Of a DNA stretch of 64,000 nt, positions 60,020-64,000 are shown piece after piece. The notes under the pieces were generated by a model. The model did no database searches. It had not been told where the DNA came from and saw only the letters and a program-made list of their open reading frames with translations. Location of the stretch: contig DUEL01000002.1 of the NCBI GenBank assembly GCA_011192125.1, positions 52,161 to 116,160 of the forward strand. The letters are read 5' to 3'. A program made the translations under genes and the position numbers. Origin of the DNA: Thermoflexia bacterium (lineage in GTDB: Bacteria; Chloroflexota; Anaerolineae; B4-G1; DUEL01). The stretch's first letter is position 1. Every line of letters starts with the position of its first letter.

Positions 60020-60562
60020 TCAACTTTCCCGGCGAAACGGCATTCCCAAAAGTTCCAACAGCCGTCGCCCTTCCTCGTCCGTCTTAGCCGTGGTCACGAT
60101 ACTGATCTCCATCCCCCGTACCTTGTCGATCTTATCGTAGTCGATCTCGGGGAAGATCAGCTGCTCCCGCAGGCCGATGGTGATGTTCCCCCGGCCGTCG
60201 AAGCGGGCCGCCACGCCCCGGAAGTCCCTCTGCCGGGGCAGGGCGACGTTGCACAGCCGATCCAGGAAGGCCCACATCCGGTCCTTCCGCAACGTCACCT
60301 TGACGCCAATCGCCCGACCGGCCCGGAGTTTAAACCCCGCGATCGACTTCCGGGCGCGGGTGATGACCGGCCGCTGCCCGGTGATCGTCATCAGGTCCTG
60401 CACCACATAGTCCAACGCCTTGGGGTTGTCCAACGCCTCCCCCACGCCCACGTTGATGACGATCTTCTGCACCGTGGGCACCTCCATGATGTTCCGGTAC
60501 CCAAACTCCTTCATCAAGGTCGGGCGAACGTGTTCCCGGTAATACGCCTGCAACCGTTGCAT
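60020..60562 (-). CDS. rplE: 50S ribosomal protein L5
   Basis: [29 protein letters not shown]. Confidence 0.95.
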   Translation of the reverse strand: MQRLQAYYREHVRPTLMKEFGYRNIMEVPTVQKIVINVGVGEALDNPKALDYVVQDLMTITGQRPVITRARKSIAGFKLRAGRAIGVKVTLRKDRMWAFLDRLCNVALPRQRDFRGVAARFDGRGNITIGLREQLIFPEIDYDKIDKVRGMEISIVTTAKTDEEGRRLLELLGMPFRRES

Positions 60563-60578
60563 CCTCTTCACCCCACGG

Positions 60579-60905
60579 TTAGTCTATCGGCTCGCCGCAC
60601 TTCTTGCACACCCGCACCTTGCGACCGTCCTCCTGGATGGTGAACCCGACGCGGGTCCGCCGGTCGCAGTGGGGGCAGACGGGCATCACGTTGGAGATGT
60701 GAATAGGTGCTTCGAACTCGATGATGCCCGGCTGCACCTGCGCTCGTCCGGCGCGCACCGGTCGCTGGTGCTTCTTGACGATGTTCACACCGCTGACGAC
60801 GACGCGCTGCTTCTTCGGGAGCACGCGCAGGACACGGCCGCGCACCCCCCGGTCGTCACCGGTGATAACCTCAACCAAGTCCCCTTTCTTGATCCGGTTG
60901 CCCAC
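60579..60905 (-). CDS. rplX: 50S ribosomal protein L24
   Basis: [20 protein letters not shown] (KOW). Confidence 0.95.
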   Translation of the reverse strand: MGNRIKKGDLVEVITGDDRGVRGRVLRVLPKKQRVVVSGVNIVKKHQRPVRAGRAQVQPGIIEFEAPIHISNVMPVCPHCDRRTRVGFTIQEDGRKVRVCKKCGEPID

Positions 60906-60927
60906 AGTCCGTCCTCCGTACCTGGCC

Positions 60928-61299
60928 CTAAAGGACCTCAGGGGCCAGGGAGATGATCTTCATAAAGCCCTTTTCCCGCAGTTCCCTGGCCACGGGACCG
61001 AAGATGCGGGTGCCCCGCGGATTCCTGCCGGTGTGGTCCAGGAGCACCGCCGCGTTGTCGTCGAAGCGGATGGTGGAGCCGTCCGGACGGCGGTAGGGTT
61101 TCTTGGTGCGGACGATCACCGCACGCACGATCTCCCCCTTCTTGACCGGGGAGTTCGGCACCGCCTGTTTCACCGTCGCGACGATGACGTCCCCCACGCC
61201 GCCGTACCGCCGCTTCGACCCTCCCAGGACGCGGATACAGAGGATCTCCTTGGCGCCGGTGTTATCGGCTACGCGCAGGCGACTTTCCTGCTGGATCAT
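60928..61299 (-). CDS. rplN: 50S ribosomal protein L14
   Basis: [27 protein letters not shown]; 123 aa; ATGA overlap with rpsQ. Confidence 0.95.
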   Translation of the reverse strand: MIQQESRLRVADNTGAKEILCIRVLGGSKRRYGGVGDVIVATVKQAVPNSPVKKGEIVRAVIVRTKKPYRRPDGSTIRFDDNAAVLLDHTGRNPRGTRIFGPVARELREKGFMKIISLAPEVL

Positions 61300-61559
61300 C
61301 CCGTCACCTCCTCGGCCCGTTCGAGGATCTCTTCCACAACCCAACGCTTCAGGCGGCTGAGGGGGCGCGACTCGACGATCCGCACCAGGTCCCCTTCCCG
61401 ACAGGTGTTCTCCTCGTCGTGGGCGTAGAACTTCTTTCGCTTCCGGATCACCTTCCCGTAGAGGGGGTGACGCTGGGTCCGTTCTACCAGCACCACGACG
61501 GTCTTATCCATCTTGTCGCTGACGACGCGCCCCACCAGTCGTTTCCGACGCTCCCTCAC
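61296..61559 (-). CDS. rpsQ: 30S ribosomal protein S17
   Basis: [35 protein letters not shown]. Confidence 0.95.
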   Translation of the reverse strand: MRERRKRLVGRVVSDKMDKTVVVLVERTQRHPLYGKVIRKRKKFYAHDEENTCREGDLVRIVESRPLSRLKRWVVEEILERAEEVTG

Positions 61560-61780
61560 TGCGCGCCTCCTTGCTGCTTCTGCATCTCTCTCGCCAACTC
61601 CCGCTCGCGCAGGATGGTCTTCATCCGGGCGATGTCCCGCTTCACCGCGGTAATCCGGTTATGGTCCTCCAGCCTCCCCAGGTACCACTGCTGGCGGAGG
61701 TTGAACAGTTCCTGATACGCCTCCTCCAGGCGTGCACGGATCTCTTCGTCGGTCCACTGGCGAATCTCTCTGGCCTGCAT
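61556..61780 (-). CDS. rpmC: 50S ribosomal protein L29
   Basis: [31 protein letters not shown]. Confidence 0.9.
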   Translation of the reverse strand: MQAREIRQWTDEEIRARLEEAYQELFNLRQQWYLGRLEDHNRITAVKRDIARMKTILRERELAREMQKQQGGAQ

Positions 61781-61781
61781 C

Positions 61782-62204
61782 TCACGACTCCCCTGTCTCG
61801 TGGCGTACCACGAATTTGCACTTGATGGGCAGTTTGTGAGCAGCCAGCCGCATCGCCTCGCGGGCCTGCTCTTCCGAGACACCCGCCAACTCAAAGAGGA
61901 TCCGTCCCGGCTTGACCACGGCGACCCAATGGTCCACCGCGCCCTTCCCTTTCCCCATCCGCGTCTCCGCCGGCTTGGCGGTCACCGGCTTGTCGGGGAA
62001 GATGCGGATCCAATACTTGCCACGCCGTCGGACGTGGCGGACGATCGCCCGCCGCGCCGCCTCGATCTGGCGGGCCGTGATCCAGGCCGGCTCCAACGCC
62101 TGCAGACCGTAGTCGCCGAAGGCCACCTCCGTTCCACGGGAGGCCTTCCCCTTCAACCGTCCCCGCATCTGCTTGCGGTACTTCACCCGCTTTGGCATCA
62201 ACAT
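61782..62204 (-). CDS. rplP: 50S ribosomal protein L16
   Basis: [24 protein letters not shown]. Confidence 0.95.
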   Translation of the reverse strand: MLMPKRVKYRKQMRGRLKGKASRGTEVAFGDYGLQALEPAWITARQIEAARRAIVRHVRRRGKYWIRIFPDKPVTAKPAETRMGKGKGAVDHWVAVVKPGRILFELAGVSEEQAREAMRLAAHKLPIKCKFVVRHETGES

Positions 62205-62247
62205 AGTTCGTCTCCCATACCCTCGGTATGCTCCCGGAGGCCCGGAA

Positions 62248-62916
62248 TCAGACCACGAAGGGCTCTTCCTCTTCTTCCTCTTCCGCCTCCGGCAACACGT
62301 CCCCTTTGTAAATCCAAACCTTCACCCCGATCCGGCCGAAGGTCGTGTGGGCCTCTTCCACCGCGTAGTCGATGTCGGCCCGGAGGGTCTGCAAAGGCAC
62401 GCGGCCTTCCCGCATCCAGACGGCCCGGGCCATCTCCGCGCCGCCGATCCGGCCCTTGCACATCACCTTGATCCCCTGCGCGCCGGCCCGCATCGCCTGC
62501 TGGATCGCCCGCTTCATCGCCCGCCCGTGGGAGATCCGGCGCTCCAACTGGGCGACGATGTTCTGGGCCACCAGCCGGGCATCCAGTTCCGGCTGCTCGA
62601 CCTCCTGCACCTCCACGCGCACGTGCTTGCCGGTCATCTTCTCCAGGGCCTCCCGCAGGGCCTTGACCGAGGCCCCCTTGCGGCCGATGACGATCCCCGG
62701 CCGCGCCGTCCAGATGGTCACCTGGACCTGCCCCGGGAACCGCTCGATCTCTACCCGCGAGATCCCGGCGTGCGCCAGCTCCTTCTCAACGTAGTCCCGG
62801 ATCGCCAGGTCCTCTTGCAGGAGTTCGGTGTACTTCCGTCCCTCCGCGTACCAGCGCGCCTGCCAGTCGCGGATGATCTTCAACCGGAAACCGTAAGGGT
62901 GAACCTTGCGTCCCAA
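62248..62916 (-). CDS. rpsC: 30S ribosomal protein S3
   Basis: [26 protein letters not shown] domain. Confidence 0.95.
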   Translation of the reverse strand: MGRKVHPYGFRLKIIRDWQARWYAEGRKYTELLQEDLAIRDYVEKELAHAGISRVEIERFPGQVQVTIWTARPGIVIGRKGASVKALREALEKMTGKHVRVEVQEVEQPELDARLVAQNIVAQLERRISHGRAMKRAIQQAMRAGAQGIKVMCKGRIGGAEMARAVWMREGRVPLQTLRADIDYAVEEAHTTFGRIGVKVWIYKGDVLPEAEEEEEEEPFVV

Positions 62917-62943
62917 GCGAAGCCTCCTCTCAGAACTCGAACG

Positions 62944-63297
62944 CTACTCCGTCCGCTCGTCCAACACGACGGTGATGTGGGACGACCGCTTGCGGATCGG
63001 CCGGTACCGCCCCCGCGCGCCGTACCGGGGCCGCCACCCCTTGCCCGGGGCGACGCCCGGCCCCTCGTCGGCGACGATGTGGGCGATGTACAGGTCCTCC
63101 CGCGACAACCCGAAGTTCTCCTCCGCGTTGGCGACCGCGGAGCGGATCAGTTTCTCCACCGGTCGGGCCGCGGCGTGGGGCAGGAAGCGGAGCACCTCCA
63201 GCGCCGTCTCCACATCCATCCCCCGTACCTGGTCGATCACCCGACGCACCTTCCGCGCCGACATCGGTATATGTCTTGCCTTCGCGCGAACCTCCAT
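62944..63297 (-). CDS. rplV: 50S ribosomal protein L22
   Basis: MEVRAKARHIPMSARKVRRVIDQVRG. Confidence 0.95.
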   Translation of the reverse strand: MEVRAKARHIPMSARKVRRVIDQVRGMDVETALEVLRFLPHAAARPVEKLIRSAVANAEENFGLSREDLYIAHIVADEGPGVAPGKGWRPRYGARGRYRPIRKRSSHITVVLDERTE

Positions 63298-63322
63298 CCT
63301 CTCTCGCTCCTATCGCCCGCTG

Positions 63323-63610
63323 CTACTTCCTCCGAACCTTCCCCTTCTTCTCCTTCACGATATGCCCACGGAAGGTCCGGGTGGGGGCGAACTCCCCCAG
63401 TTTGTGGCCGACCATGTTCTCGGTGATGTAGATGGGCACGTGCCGTCGCCCGTCGTGGACGGCGATGGTATGGCCCACCATCTGGGGGAAGATGGTCGAA
63501 TCGCGCGACCAGGTGCGGATGACCCGCTTCTCCCCCGTCCGGTTCATCTCTTCGATCTTTCGTAGCAACTTCGGATCTACGTACGGACCCTTTTTCAGTG
63601 ACCGCGACAT
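63323..63610 (-). CDS. rpsS: 30S ribosomal protein S19
   Basis: [23 protein letters not shown]...[16 protein letters not shown]. Confidence 0.95.
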   Translation of the reverse strand: MSRSLKKGPYVDPKLLRKIEEMNRTGEKRVIRTWSRDSTIFPQMVGHTIAVHDGRRHVPIYITENMVGHKLGEFAPTRTFRGHIVKEKKGKVRRK

Positions 63611-63637
63611 CTCACCACTCTCCGATCCACAACCAGA

Positions 63638-64000
63638 CTACCGTCTCTTGGCGCCACGACGGCGGATGATGTACTTGTCCGTCGCCTTGTTGCGCCGGGT
63701 CTTCTTACCCAGGGTCGGCTTGCCCCACGGGGACTTCGGCCCCGGCAGGCCGATGGGGGTGCGCCCCTCGCCACCGCCGTGGGGGTGGTCCCGCGGGCTC
63801 ATCGCCGAGCCGCGCACGTGGGGCCGCCGCCCCAACCATCGCTTCCGGCCCGCCTTGCCCAACTTGATGTTCCCATGCTCTACGTTCCCCACCTGGCCGA
63901 TGGTCGCCATACACTCCTTTCGGACCAGGCGGACCTCCCCACTGGGCAGACGGAGGGTCACGTAGTTCCCCTCCTTCGCCAGCACCTGGGCGGAGGTCCC
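63638..64000 (-). CDS. rplB: 50S ribosomal protein L2 (C-terminal part; gene continues beyond window end)
   Basis: ...[41 protein letters not shown]. Confidence 0.9.
   Translation of the reverse strand, partial: GTSAQVLAKEGNYVTLRLPSGEVRLVRKECMATIGQVGNVEHGNIKLGKAGRKRWLGRRPHVRGSAMSPRDHPHGGGEGRTPIGLPGPKSPWGKPTLGKKTRRNKATDKYIIRRRGAKRR

Overview
This is a 64-kb, high-GC (about 66%) bacterial chromosomal segment. Gene content (fni, tungsten-type AOR, PT-rich linkers, a Bacillus-like secY-adk-map-rpmJ arrangement) suggests a thermophilic Chloroflexota-like monoderm, but that is inference only. I call about 70 protein genes and no rRNA, tRNA or CRISPR.

Genes:
- Positions 1-49 kb mix housekeeping and envelope/transport genes.
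- Housekeeping: mutS, mutS2 (coupled to cvpA), uvrB, tilS, prfB with the canonical programmed +1 frameshift, rsmG, rtcA, a lipoprotein-type PBP.
- Envelope/transport: a translationally coupled fni / polyprenyl synthase / GT-C-like membrane protein operon; an acyl-AMP ligase / carrier protein / GNAT acyltransferase trio; a PT-repeat surface protein with an LPESG sorting signal; a PadR-controlled ECF transporter; an APC permease fused to a tandem USP domain; NhaP, CAX and a lipid kinase; ferredoxin plus aldehyde:ferredoxin oxidoreductase; a large secreted beta-helix protein; an O-antigen-ligase/TPR protein.
- Positions 49.5-64 kb (minus strand) hold the S10-spc-alpha ribosomal supercluster (rplB partial through rpsI, including secY-adk-map, rpoA, truA). 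infA is absent.

Most unusual non-genic content:
1. Ten copies of a palindromic (CACAGAGG)x3 - loop - (CCTCTGTG)x3 element fill intergenic regions. Two donate the C-terminal codons and stops of rarD and tilS.
2. One copy carries a nested 146-bp hairpin-element insertion flanked by a 9-10 bp direct repeat. A second copy of that hairpin element sits at 48.55 kb.
3. Tandem CACGAATG/ATTCGTG arrays lie immediately upstream of the -35 box of four near-consensus sigma70-like promoters (fni, mutS, divergent PBP/cvpA).
4. A secreted-protein gene is disrupted by an in-frame TAA plus a 1-nt G-run deletion.
5. A 636-bp low-coding region lies upstream of prfB, and a triplicated motif lies in the rpsM-rpsK spacer.
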